Made by a program: the position numbers and the translations under genes
Origin: Terriglobia bacterium
GTDB taxonomy: Bacteria > Acidobacteriota > Terriglobia > 2-12-FULL-54-10
Assembly (NCBI GenBank): GCA_963666975.2
Contig: CAXVYR010000004.1
Location: 1,376,001 to 1,440,000 of the forward strand
Direction: 5' to 3'
Length of the DNA stretch: 64,000 nucleotides
Shown here: positions 32,853-43,785 of the stretch, piece by piece
Numbering within the stretch: the first letter of the stretch is position 1
How the letters are laid out: every line of letters begins with the position of its first letter
The notes under the pieces: model-generated
The model's input: only the letters and a program-made list of their open reading frames with translations
Database searches by the model: none
Told to the model about the DNA's origin: nothing

Positions 32853-32930
32853 CCCTCCCGACTCTGCCGTTCCACCAAAGCGTTGTATCCTCCTTGCCCG
32901 AGCGCTTGCCAGCAGACCGCTGCCGTTAGC

Positions 32931-33059
32931 CCGGATTTCTCACGAGCCCCGCCGGGGCTACACTCTCAACGCCCCCTCCGGGGCTCGGAATCGCCCACAA
33001 CGCTCAGATCGCCACGTCCTTCTGGACGATCCATCAGGAGGCCTGGTGAGAAATCCAGG
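32931..33059. repeat. MITE-like element with 11-bp inverted ends
   Basis: GGATTTCTCAC ... GTGAGAAATCC enclosing GCCCC-GGGGC hairpins. Confidence 0.65.
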
Positions 33060-33348
33060 GTAGCGGTCCGGATGATTTGCATCCGGAAAAGTGGCAAAGA
33101 CCACCGCTCCGGCGTACGGTTCCCCTCAGGCGGCCGGGAAACCGGCAGAGGAGGTCATCTGTATTTTGCCGCGGATGGAAGGATAAGTTTAGGGATGCTC
33201 ACGAGCAAGAACGAGCAAGTCGGGCGGGGCTGGCAGGGAAACTACCGCGGGCGGCAACACGTCATGGAGCTTTCTGATGCTGATGAATTGACGCCGCTCA
33301 TTCCAGAAGGGCTGCTGAACTCCGTTCGCTGAAGGCTCTTGGGGAGTT

Positions 33349-33543
33349 CTATTCTCCTTCTTCCTCTTCCCCTTCTGCGCTGGCCGTTCGCAACTGCTCA
33401 AAGCAGGCGTGTGTCCTCTTGGCAGCCTCAATGGTCGCGTGCTGCGCGTCTTCCGCGACTTCCTGCCAACCTTTGGCTGCTACTTGGCCCCATATCAGCA
33501 TGCCCGCCAGTACGGTCATGGCAAGGTAATAAACAGTTCGCAT
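33349..33543 (-). CDS. Small secreted/membrane protein with acidic tail
   Basis: RBS GAGGAG, signal-peptide-like N-terminus, EGEEEEGE end. Confidence 0.55.
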   Translation of the reverse strand: MRTVYYLAMTVLAGMLIWGQVAAKGWQEVAEDAQHATIEAAKRTHACFEQLRTASAEGEEEEGE

Positions 33544-33846
33544 AGTGCTCCTCTCATCGAACTCTTAGTTCCGTACGCAGAATTTTTTGCCGGGTTCTGT
33601 ATCTGTTCCCTCATCCGAAAGCTCCTGCCGCCGTCCTGGTATCCGCTCCGCAGGATGCTTTCCTGCGATGGTAACAGAAATTCCTGGGATGTAGACTGCG
33701 TGAGCCTTTTCCTGCACGTTTGACGGGCGGAAGGCAAACACGGATTTTTGGGCCTGGCTCCGGGGCGATGCCGGAAGGTGGTACATTGGGATACCGTTTG
33801 TGGTTCCCCAGCGGTCGCCAGGCAGGATTGAATCGAGTGAGTGCCT

Positions 33847-35733
33847 ATGCTGGATTTACTCATCGTATCCGCGTTTATCCTCTACAGCATCAGCAACGGG
33901 TTTCGGAACCGGTCGAAAGCATCACGGAATCTTGAAGAATATTTTCTTGCAGGCCGCTCCATTCGGGGATGGCGCGCCGGCTTCAGCCTGGCAGCCACGC
34001 AGTTTGCCGCCGACACACCGCTGTTAGTTACGGGGCTGATCGCGACCGGCGGTATTTTTATGCTGTGGCGGCTGTGGATCTACGGCCTGGGATTCTTGAT
34101 GATCGGGTTTCTCCTCGGGCGGGGATGGCGCCGGGCCCGCGTGCTCACCGATGCGGAGCTTACCGAGCTTCGTTACAGCGGCCGGGGCGTCTTGATGTTA
34201 CGCGGGCTCAAGGCCATTTATTACGGCACGGTCATGAATTGCACCATCATGGCCATGGTGCTGGTGGCCGCCACCCGCATCTGCGAAGTTTTCCTGCCCT
34301 GGCATGAGTGGTTACCCGGCGCGTTCTACCGATGGATGTACAACCTGGTGGAGTGGGTTGGCGTTCCGCTGTCCTCCGGCGCCACGGGGCTGGAACCGTT
34401 TGTGGCGACGACGAACAACCTATTCAGCATTCTGCTCATTATTGCCTTCACCGCCCTCTATTCCACCACAGGCGGACTGCGGTCCGTCATTGCCACCGAC
34501 ACCGTCCAGTTCACGGTCGCCATGCTAGGCACGCTGCTCTACGCTGTGTTTGTTGTCATCCAGTCCGGAGGCATCGGTCAGATTGTGAACAGCCTCGTCG
34601 AGCATTACGGGGCAGCCCAGGCGAGCCGGTTCCTTTCCTTCACCCCGAATACATGGGAAGCATTCATGCCGTTTTTGGTGGTGATCAGCCTGCAATGGTT
34701 TTTCGAGCGCAACAGCGACGGCACCGGATACTTCGCCCAGCGAATGATGTCCTGCCGAAGCGACCGCGATGCAAGAATGGCGGCATTTATTTTTACGTGG
34801 CTGCAAATTTTGCTGCGAAGCCTCTTCTGGCTCGTGATCGGGGTCGGCTTGTTGGTCATCTATCCCTTCGATCCCGCTTCTGCCGGAGGGGAAACTTTTG
34901 TGGCCGGCAGGGAACTTTTGTTCGCAACGGGAATCCGGGATCTTCTTCCGGCAGGTGTAAGAGGCATTATGCTGACCGGATTGCTGGCCGCGCTGGCCTC
35001 GACCATCGATACTCACTTGACATGGGGAGCTAGTTACTGGAGCAACGACTTATACCTGCGGATTATCAATCGAGAATGGCTGCAACGGGAGCCCTCCACG
35101 CGAGAACAGGTAATGGTCGCCCGGCTGTCGAATGTTGTGATCCTCGTTACGGCCCTGGTCATCATGGCGAACCTGCAATCCATTCAGACGGCGTGGTACA
35201 TCACCCTCTTATTCGGAGCCGGAACGGGCGCCGTACTGGTGCTCCGATGGCTTTGGGAACGGATTAACCTCTACTCGGAAATCGCTGCGATCGGCGTGTC
35301 GGTCATCCTGGCGCCGGTCATTCTTTTCACCGTAGAGGCCGAATGGCTGCGGCTGTTGCTGATGTCATCCATTTCAACAGTGGTCGTGGTCACGGTAACC
35401 CTGCTGACGCGGCCCACGGAGGAAGCCGTTCTGGTGGAATTTTACAAACGCGTTGATCCGCCTGGTTTCTGGAAACGAACCGCCGCAAAGGCAGGCGCTG
35501 ATGCGCGGCGTCCGATGCAGGCATTCCGGTCGGGAGCCTATCTCACCGTCACCGTGAGTTTGTCAGTCTATCTATTGTTGGTTGGATTCGGGAAGCTCAT
35601 CCTGCCGAACCCCTCCAGCGCAATGGCCTATTCATGGCTTTACATATTGCTAGGCGTTGCCAGTGTGGCGTTGTGGTGGCAAAAATTGTTTCCATCGAGA
35701 ACTGCTGCAAATTCGGATACGGAACAAAGTTAA
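33847..35733 (+). CDS. Sodium:solute symporter family protein
   Basis: EYFLAGR, ATQFAADTPL, GGLRSVIATD, AALASTIDTHL. Confidence 0.93.
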   Translation: MLDLLIVSAFILYSISNGFRNRSKASRNLEEYFLAGRSIRGWRAGFSLAATQFAADTPLLVTGLIATGGIFMLWRLWIYGLGFLMIGFLLGRGWRRARVLTDAELTELRYSGRGVLMLRGLKAIYYGTVMNCTIMAMVLVAATRICEVFLPWHEWLPGAFYRWMYNLVEWVGVPLSSGATGLEPFVATTNNLFSILLIIAFTALYSTTGGLRSVIATDTVQFTVAMLGTLLYAVFVVIQSGGIGQIVNSLVEHYGAAQASRFLSFTPNTWEAFMPFLVVISLQWFFERNSDGTGYFAQRMMSCRSDRDARMAAFIFTWLQILLRSLFWLVIGVGLLVIYPFDPASAGGETFVAGRELLFATGIRDLLPAGVRGIMLTGLLAALASTIDTHLTWGASYWSNDLYLRIINREWLQREPSTREQVMVARLSNVVILVTALVIMANLQSIQTAWYITLLFGAGTGAVLVLRWLWERINLYSEIAAIGVSVILAPVILFTVEAEWLRLLLMSSISTVVVVTVTLLTRPTEEAVLVEFYKRVDPPGFWKRTAAKAGADARRPMQAFRSGAYLTVTVSLSVYLLLVGFGKLILPNPSSAMAYSWLYILLGVASVALWWQKLFPSRTAANSDTEQS

Positions 35734-36004
35734 AAGTCACCTTAGCTTTCTAAAGCTCGTTTCGCTTTGGCAGAACCGGCATGAAAACCGCCTTCCACAT
35801 CCAGCATTCACAAAACGGGCACGTCGCCAGTTTGGTATGGCAATTCCCGCAATGAAATCGTAAAATTAAATGGAAGGCACTTGCCAGGGACCATATGAAA
35901 ACCCATCGGGCGTGAATGACGCCCGGCGAAGTCATATAGGTTTTTGGTTCCCGTCCCGACCCTCACCATAACCACGCTCTCCCAGAGGTGCCTATTGAGG
36001 TTTA

Positions 36005-36083
36005 CATAATATAGTGACACTTAGATTCGCTGGGCGGCCTTCTATAGGGCTTTTGAAGCCTGTGGAAATGTCACTATATTATG
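36005..36083. repeat. Perfect 15-bp inverted repeat
   Basis: CATAATATAGTGACA (36005-36019) / TGTCACTATATTATG (36069-36083), 49-nt spacer. Confidence 0.9.
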
Positions 36084-36383
36084 AAATGTTCAATAATTAA
36101 AAAGCCGCTTTCCTGAAAGCGACCGGGTATCGGTGCGCTGACTACAGAACGACTATTAAAGGTCGTCATGTTGACCGATAAGGCGTTAGAGACGATGGAG
36201 AGCGAGTATCAAAGGTGAGTAGGTCCCATGTCTGTTAGCTGAATTTCAACGGTTGATCGCGCACAGTTCATGCGCCGCCGCAGGGATGCATAGCTTCTGA
36301 GCATTGTTTGCGTTTCCCTGCAGCGTCCGGCAAGCACCTGGCTTGCTGGAAAAATTCCTCCCGAGCCGGGAGGCGGACGTACC

Positions 36384-39300
36384 ATGAGCACCCTCAGGCA
36401 AATCCAAGAGTTCGTATCGAAAAGACTCGCGTTTTTTGTCGCCATCGGTGTCGCATCCTTCTCCGTGGTCTTATGGCAGGCGCTGATCGCGCAGGAACAT
36501 GCTCAGATCAAACGGGCAGTCGAGCATCAAGCTTTCGTGCTGCAATCTCAGATCATCGAGCGGATTGAACCGAAGATCTTGGCGCTGGAACGCATGGCCA
36601 GGCGCTGGGAAATTCGGGGAGGAACGCCCCGCGAAGAGTGGGAAGCCGACGGAACGCGATTTATAGCAGATCAGACCGGTCAGCGAGTAATCATTTGGGT
36701 GGATTCTTCATACATTGTGCGGTGGGTTATTCCGTCGAGGGGAAGAAGCCCTTACACCGGCCGGAACCTTGCGAGGGAAGAGCGGCAACGGGTAGCACTC
36801 GAGGCAGCGCGGGAAACGCGAGAGGTCAAGGTGACGCTTGCCGACGATCCGTTCTCGGACGATCGGGGAATGCTAGTTTTCGTGCCGCTGTTCGTGGGTG
36901 AGCGTTTCGACGGGACTTTACAGGGTGTCTTTCACATTGCGGAATTGCTCGATCCGCTGTTGTCTGAACACGCTTCTCTTGGTTTCTCGATTTCCGTCGC
37001 AGATGACGAGAAGGATATTGCCAGCCGTACGACTAGCGACAGGCAGGAGTATCTGCAATGGCTCCAGGAGACCGAAGTTGAGATTCGCAACGTAACTTGG
37101 CACATTCAAGTCTGGCCGGGGCCGAAACTGGTCGCCGACATGCAATCTTCGCTTCCGGAAGTGGCCTTGGTGTCGGGGCTCCTGCTGGCTTTGCTGATGT
37201 CGCTCACGGTCCGCCTGGCTCGAACGGCAAGGATTCATGCGCAGGGGGTTGAAGAAACCAACCAGGAACTAGAGGGACAAATCACCGAGCGCAAACGGGC
37301 GGAGGAGGCACTGCGGAAGCTTCAAGCGCGGCTGCATCATCTGCTTTCCGCCAGTCCGGCGGTCATTCATAGCTGCAAACCCTCGGGCGATTTCGACACT
37401 ACTTTCATCAGCGAAAACGTCACTGCGCAGATGGGCTACCCGGCTCGGGCGTTCATTGAAGATTCGAGGTTCTGGGCTGACAGGATCCATCCGGAAGACG
37501 CGCCGCGTATATTCGGGAATATACCATCTCTATTTGAGCAGGGTCATCTTAGCCATGAGTACCGCTTTCGATGTCCAGACGGGACCTATCGGTGGATGAG
37601 TGACCAAATGATGCTAATCCGGGATGCCCTCGGCAAACCGTTAGAAATTGTCGGTTGCTGGATGGACATCACCGAGCACAAGCGGGCGGAGGAGACGTTG
37701 CGGGAGAGCCAAGCCAACCTTGCCGAGGCCCAGCGAATCGCCCGCGTGGGCAGTTGGAAGTGGGATATCCAGAATGATAAAGCTTCTTGCTCCGAAGAGT
37801 TCTACCGGATCTTTGGGCTCCGAAGAGTTCTACCGGATCTTTGGGCTCCCTCAGGAAGAATTTATCAACTATGAGCAATACATGCGCTGTGTCCATCTAG
37901 ACGATCGGGAAGCTTTGGGGAGAGATGTAGAAGCAGCCCTATCCAGCGGCGAACCCTTCGATAGACTCTATCGGATCGTTTTGCCCGATGGATCCGAACG
38001 GGTGATTCATTCCCGATCTGAGGTCACTCTGGATGAAACTGGAAAACCAATCCGTATGATCGGAACAGCGCAGGATATCTCCGCGCGTAGACGGGCCGAG
38101 GAGGCGTTGCAGTTTACGCAATTCGTCTCTGACCACAGCCCCGTCGCTGTTTACTGGATGGATTCGGAGGCACGGATTACCTACGTAAATGACGCGGCTA
38201 CCCGTGCAACGGGTTACTCCCGCGAGGAACTGCTTTCCATGTCAGTCCCCGACCTCAATCCGGACTATTCGCCGGAAACTTGGCCGGAGGTGTGGAAGAA
38301 GAGAAAGGAGCACGGTTCCCAAACTTTTGAAACCCACCACCGCGCCAAGGACGGAAGGATAGTTCCTGTAGAAGTCACCGCGTATTATCTGGAATTTCAA
38401 GGGAAGGAGTATAACTGTTCCTTGGTCCAGGACATCACCGAGCGAAAGCGGGCCGAGGAGGCGCTGCGGCAAAAAGAGGAGCAACTCCGCGAGACGCAGA
38501 AGCTGGAGGCTGTCGGCACTTTGGCGGGCGGGGTGGCGCACGAATTCAACAACTTGCTTACAGGCATCATTGGCTACAGCGAACTTCTGCTGAAGAAGAG
38601 CAAACGAGACCCTCTCCTCAGCAAACGGGTTGAGGAAATCAAAAAAGCGGGAGAAAAGGCCGCTTCCCTCACCAGCCAGCTGCTGGCCTTCAGCCGGAAG
38701 CAGGTTCTGCAACCTCAGGTCCTCGACCTGAACGAAATTGTGACTGAACTGAACGAGACGCTACGCGGCCTGATGGGCGAGGACATCGTGATGATGACCT
38801 CGCTCAGCCCGGGACTGGGCAGAACGAAAGCAGACGCAGACCAGATGAGGCAGATTATCCTGAGCCTGGCGAGCAACGCCCGTTCCGCCATGCCTCGGGG
38901 AGGCAAGTTCATCCTGGCGACGGAGAACGCGGAACTGAGCGAGGACGATGAGAGCGGTATCGCGGGCGCGCATGCTGTCCGCCACGTGCTGCTTACCGTG
39001 AGCGACACCGGCTCCGGGATGAATGCGGAAACTCTGTCCCACGTCTTTGAGCCCTTCTTCACCACTAAGGAGGTGGGCGCGGGAACCGGACTGGGATTGG
39101 CCAGCGTGTACGGGATTGTGCAGCAAAGCGGAGGCCGTATCCAGGTTTCCAGCGAACCGGGCCGCGGCACAAAATTCCAGATCTACATGCCGCGGGTCGA
39201 CAAGCCGGCTTCCCCGCCGAAACGAGCTGCCGCCCGCAAGCAGCGGTCCGGCGGTGCAAAAACCGTATTGCTGGTGGAAGACACAATCCAGGTGCGACAA

Positions 39301-39666
39301 ATGGTCCGCCTGTTCCTCCAACGGGCAGGATACACTGTCCTGGAAGCGTCCAATGGCTTCGAGGCCTTGCAGGTAGCAAAGCAAAGCAAACAGCCGATTC
39401 ACATGCTTTTGACGGATGTGATCATGCCGGAGATGAACGGGCCGGACCTGGCCGCGAGACTTGCGGAGGACCGCAAGAACCTCAAGGTGCTCTATATGTC
39501 TGGGTATTCCAATCACCCCGTGGTCCAAGAAAGCGTTTTGAAGTCGGGAGCTTCTTTTATTGCGAAGCCCTTCGCTCCAGAGGCCCTGCTGCAAAAAGTG
39601 CGCGAGGTGTTCGACACGCCGGCAAAGGTTGGTTCGCAACGGAAACCCCACAGGGTGCGAACCTGA
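36384..39666 (+). pseudogene. Hybrid sensor kinase (CHASE-PAS x3-HisKA-HATPase-REC) frameshifted by a 28-bp tandem duplication
   Basis: Two overlapping ORFs; H-box GGVAHEFNN, PFFTTK, GTGLGL, TDVIMP; removing one repeat copy at 37789-37844 gives 3255 nt = 1084 aa. Confidence 0.92.
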
Positions 39667-39938
39667 GGGCCACAAACCGGAGCCAGCAGGAAACGGAAAA
39701 CAAAGACAAAGACATTAGGGCCACTGTTACCCCGGAATTTTCCTCCTTGCTTTTTACCGCTCGGAATTCCTCCCGCTGAACCGAATCCAATTTCGCAGCC
39801 CTCGGCTGTGATGTAGACTCTTTATTCGCATGGGTGCGAATCCCATGCCGGCTGCCGGTTCGTGTGCGCTCCCAAGGGAAAACTGACCGGAACACAAGGA
39901 GAACGAAGGCGAACGGGAGAAGGCCGGGAGAAGGATGG

Positions 39939-41345
39939 ATGAGTTCAGGGCAGAGCTATGACGTGCTGGTCGCAGGCAGTGGGAATGCCGCGCTCTGTGC
40001 AGCCATCAGCGCCCGTCGCGGCGGGGCAAGCGTGCTGGTGTTGGAAGCCGCCCCAAAACATTTTCGAGGCGGCAACAGCAGGCATACGCGGAATCTGCGC
40101 TGCATGCATGAAGGCCCGTCCGGCGTGCTGACCGAATCCTACCCGGAATCCGAGTTCTGGGACGACCTCCTCCAGGTGACCGAAGGCCAGACGAACGAGC
40201 AACTGGCCCGCATGACGATCCGCCGGTCCGCCACCTGCCGGGAGTGGATGGCCGGGCACGGGGTCCGCTTCCAGCCGTCGCTCGGCGGCACGCTGCATCT
40301 TTCCCGCACGAACGCCTTCTTTCTCGGCGGCGGCAAGGCGCTGGTCAACGCCTACAGCCGCACGGCCGAGAGGCTGGGCGTGGAGATCGAATACGACGCG
40401 GAGGTGCGCGAGTTGAACATCCAAAACGGAAGTTTCACCTCCGCGGTGGTCGCGCGCAAGGGCGACTCCCCTGAGGTTCTAGCAGATGTTCATGCGAAGA
40501 CGCTCGTCGCTGCTGCGGGCGGCTTCCAGGCGAATATTGCATGGCTGAAGGAGGCTTGGGGCGAGGCCGCCGGCAACTTCCTGATTCGCGGCACTCCCTA
40601 TGACACCGGCACGATTCTGCGCCAACTAATCGTCCAGGGGGCAAAAACCGTGAGCAGCCCGTCCCAGTGCCATGCCGTGGCGATCGATGCGCGGTCGCCC
40701 CGGTTCGACGGCGGCATCGTCACCCGCGTGGACAGCGTTTCCCTCGGCATCGTAGTCAACAAACACGCGGCGCGCTTCTACGACGAGGGGGAAGACTTCT
40801 GGCCGAAGCGCTATGCGATCTGGGGCAGGCTCGTGGCGCAGCAGCCGGACCAGATTGCCTTCTCCATTTTTGACGCTCAATCGATCGGCGGGTTTGTGCC
40901 GCCGTTTTTCCCGCCGTTTCAGGCGAATTCGATCCGGGAGCTTGCCGTCGCGCTGGAGCTGGACCCATCCACTCTCGAAAGCACCGTCGCGGAGTTTAAT
41001 TCCTCCGTGCGGCCGGGCACGTTTAACCACGGAGTGCTCGACGATTGTGCAACGGAGAATCTGAAGATTCCCAAGACGCACTGGGCGCGCCGCCTGGATT
41101 CTCCGCCTTTTTACGCCTACCCGCTTCGTCCCGGAATCACGTTCACCTACCTTGGCGTTGCCGTAAACGAGCGGGCGCAGGTCATCTTGCAGGACGACAA
41201 ACCGGCGGAGAACATCTACGCGGCAGGAGAAATCATGGCGGGCAACATCCTGGGCAAAGGCTACCTGGCCGGGCTCGGGATGACCATAGGAACCATCTTC
41301 GGGCGAATCGCCGGCGAGGAGGCTGCGCGTTATGCCGTCCGCTAA
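39939..41345 (+). CDS. tcuA: FAD-dependent tricarballylate dehydrogenase
   Basis: GSGNAALCAA, RGGNSRHTRN, LSRTNAFF, FYDEGEDFWPKRYAIWG. Confidence 0.93.
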   Translation: MSSGQSYDVLVAGSGNAALCAAISARRGGASVLVLEAAPKHFRGGNSRHTRNLRCMHEGPSGVLTESYPESEFWDDLLQVTEGQTNEQLARMTIRRSATCREWMAGHGVRFQPSLGGTLHLSRTNAFFLGGGKALVNAYSRTAERLGVEIEYDAEVRELNIQNGSFTSAVVARKGDSPEVLADVHAKTLVAAAGGFQANIAWLKEAWGEAAGNFLIRGTPYDTGTILRQLIVQGAKTVSSPSQCHAVAIDARSPRFDGGIVTRVDSVSLGIVVNKHAARFYDEGEDFWPKRYAIWGRLVAQQPDQIAFSIFDAQSIGGFVPPFFPPFQANSIRELAVALELDPSTLESTVAEFNSSVRPGTFNHGVLDDCATENLKIPKTHWARRLDSPPFYAYPLRPGITFTYLGVAVNERAQVILQDDKPAENIYAAGEIMAGNILGKGYLAGLGMTIGTIFGRIAGEEAARYAVR

Positions 41346-42450
41346 AGCGCTTCCACCATCCATTCCATTGAAGCTGCTGCAAGAGGGCGAGCGGGCCATG
41401 CGGCTTTGCAACGCCTGCCGTTACTGCGAAGGGTTTTGCGCGGTCTTCCCCGCCATGGAGCGGCGGCTCGCGTTTGCCGAGCAAGACCTGAACTACTTGG
41501 CCAACCTTTGCCACGATTGCGGCGAGTGCTACTCCTCCTGCCAGTATGCGCCACCCCACGAGTTTGCGCTGAACCTTCCGCGCACGCTGGCCGAAATCAG
41601 GGCGGAAAGCTACCAGAAGTATGCATGGCCCGGTTTCCTCGCCGGCCTGTTCCGCCGGGGTGGCGTGGTGGTCAGCCTTTGCGCGGTAGCAGGCCCTCTC
41701 CTGTTTATTATCGCGATGCTTTTGTTTACCGAGCCATCCGTATTGTTCGCGCCCCACACCGTCGCCGAGGGTTCTTTCTACCGTGTGATGTCGCACAACG
41801 TCATGTCGCTGAGCTTCGGCGTCGTCGGCCTGTACGTCCTCGTAGCCCTTGGGATGGGATTCGCTGGCTTTTGGCGCGAGACGGGCGAGCGGTGGAGCGC
41901 GTTCCTAAGCCCTCGCGCCCTGGGACAGGCGGTTGCGGACACGTTGCGTCTACGCTATCTCGACGGGGGCGGCGAGGGCTGCGCCTATCCGGACGAGCTA
42001 CCCTCCCATGCACGGCGGTGGTTTCACCATCTGACGTTTTACGGGTTCTTGCTGTGCTTCGCGGCGACCACCGTCGCTGCCGTCTACCATAACTTTTTCG
42101 GCTGGGAAGCTCCTTACCCGTTGCTGAGCGCTCCGGTTGTTCTGGGATCGGCTGGCGGGGTGGGGTTGCTGATTGGGCCGGTGGGATTGCTCTGGCTCAA
42201 GGGCGCCCGCGATCCAAGCTTGAGCGACCGGCGGCAGACCGTTATGGATGTCGCCTTCCTGGCGCTTCTGTTTTTGACAAGTCTGACCGGCTTTTGGTTG
42301 CTGGCCTTGCGCGAGACGGCGGCTATGGGCGTAATGCTGGCGGTGCACCTGGGCATTGTGATGGCGCTGTTTCTTACGCTGCCCTACGGCAAGTTCGTGC
42401 ACGCCGTCTATCGCTTTGCCGCGCTGGTCCGAAACGCGCTGGAAAAGTGA
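41332..42450 (+). CDS. tcuB: Tricarballylate utilisation 4Fe-4S membrane protein
   Basis: CNACRYCEGFCAVFP, LANLCHDCGEC...CQYAPPHEF, PYGKFVH. Confidence 0.94.
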   Translation: MPSAKALPPSIPLKLLQEGERAMRLCNACRYCEGFCAVFPAMERRLAFAEQDLNYLANLCHDCGECYSSCQYAPPHEFALNLPRTLAEIRAESYQKYAWPGFLAGLFRRGGVVVSLCAVAGPLLFIIAMLLFTEPSVLFAPHTVAEGSFYRVMSHNVMSLSFGVVGLYVLVALGMGFAGFWRETGERWSAFLSPRALGQAVADTLRLRYLDGGGEGCAYPDELPSHARRWFHHLTFYGFLLCFAATTVAAVYHNFFGWEAPYPLLSAPVVLGSAGGVGLLIGPVGLLWLKGARDPSLSDRRQTVMDVAFLALLFLTSLTGFWLLALRETAAMGVMLAVHLGIVMALFLTLPYGKFVHAVYRFAALVRNALEK

Positions 42451-42660
42451 GCAGCGGGTAGCCAGGGCGAGCGTTGTTTTTCGCCGCGGGCTTTTCCCGA
42501 TTTCACGAACCCACGGCAAATTGGAACTGTCAATTGGGGGTGGCTGCCCACTTCAACAATCAAGCGCTCCGAAGCATCTTGTCGTTCAGCTATAATTCTC
42601 ACTGTCGTTGCTGCTAGACCAGTTTCAGGGTTGATGTACAGCACGTTGTTGGCGAATCCA

Positions 42661-42839
42661 TCCGAGCCGCGACCGTGAGGGAGCGGACCAAAGACAGTGG
42701 TTAGTGGTAAGTGATGAGCAATCAATGAACCTGACGCCAGTATTCTTTTCACTTGTCATTTAATCACTTAATCACTGCTTTTCTGTCCGCTTGCTGACGC
42801 GCGCGGCTCTGACTATACACGAACTGTGATAGTGCTCTA
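42661..42839. repeat. REP-like inverted pair, copy 2
   Basis: Same ends as 7761-7877 with a different spacer. Confidence 0.85.
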
Positions 42840-42855
42840 CTGAAAGGAATCCTCG

Positions 42856-43413
42856 ATGGGCAAGGTATACGCCGAGATCGATGACAGGCTGAGAACATTC
42901 ATAGAAGCCCAGTAGATGTTTTTCGTGGCTACCGCGCCGTCGGGCTCGGAGGGACACGTCAACCTCTCACCCAAAGGCCTGGAATCCTTGCGGATACTCG
43001 GACCCAGGACGATAGCCTACGCGGATTTTGCGGGGAGCGGTATCGAGACCGCTGCTCATCTCCGCCAGAACGGCCGGATCGTCATCATGCTGTGTGCCTT
43101 CGCCGGTCCTCCCAACATCATTCGACTGCATGGACGCGGTGAAGTCGCCGAGCCGCAGGACGCGGCTTTCGGCTCCCTGCTGGCTCACTTTACCCCTGCT
43201 CTGGGAATCCGTGCCATCATCCGGGTCGAGGTGGACAGGATCAGCGATTCTTGCGGGTACGGCGTGCCGCTGTACCGGCACGAAGGCCAGCGACCTCAAA
43301 TCGCCGCCTGGGCGGAGCGGAAAGGCGAAGCCGGTCTTATCGATTACCAGCGTGAAAACAACTCGCGCAGCATAGACGGCCTGCCTGGCTTGCGCTGGGC
43401 GGGAAAGCAGTAG
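42856..43413 (+). pseudogene. Pyridoxamine 5'-phosphate oxidase-family protein with in-frame TAG at codon 20
   Basis: MGKVYAEIDDRLRTFIEAQ*MFFVATAP..GHVNLSPKG...SCGYGVP; RBS AAGGA before 42856. Confidence 0.85.
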
Positions 43414-43490
43414 CTACGGCGAGCCGGGCTGCGGGCTTTTCCCGAATTTACGACCCTACGGCGATTTGAGAGGAGAACTCCAAGAGCGCA

Positions 43491-43785
43491 ATGGTCGAAA
43501 TCACTTTCACCCCGAAAGCCGTCGAGGATCTGCGCTGGTTCAAAAAGGTGGAACGAAAAAAAGATCCTGGCGAAACTGGTATCGCAGTTAAGCTACGAGC
43601 CCGCAACCGAGACTCGGAATCGAAAACGTCTGCGCCCGAACAAACTCGCGTAGTGGGAACTGTGCCTGGACCGGTTTCGGGTGTTTTTTGTCATTGATCC
43701 AGAGAACCGGTTGATTCGGGTGGAGGCGGTCGGTTATAAAAGAGGGAGTCGCCTGTTCATTCACGGCAAGGAATACGAGTTATGA
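43491..43785 (+). pseudogene. RelE/ParE-family toxin with frameshift and premature TAG
   Basis: MVEITFTPKAVEDL...; extra A in the A7 run near 43556; the shifted frame reads TRNRKRLRPNKLA*WELCLDRFRVF. Confidence 0.85.

Larger units (their letters stand above)
42486..43467 (+). repeat. Imperfect 37-bp direct repeats at 42486-42522 and 43431-43467
   Basis: GCGGGCTTTTCCCGATTTCACGAACCCACGGCAAATT vs GCGGGCTTTTCCCGAATTTACGACCCTACGGCGATTT (31/37). Confidence 0.8.

Noticed and set aside
42523-42660. Minus-strand fragment GFANNVLYINPETGL resembling a serine-hydrolase C-terminus
   Set aside because: Too short and without a start; cannot be supported as a feature without a search
42913-43653. Two in-frame TAG codons in neighbouring genes as amber recoding or pyrrolysine
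   Set aside because: Many core genes here end in TAG (larE, glmS, gltX, gcvPB), the relE copy has other lesions, and single substitutions from CAG/GAG/AAG explain both
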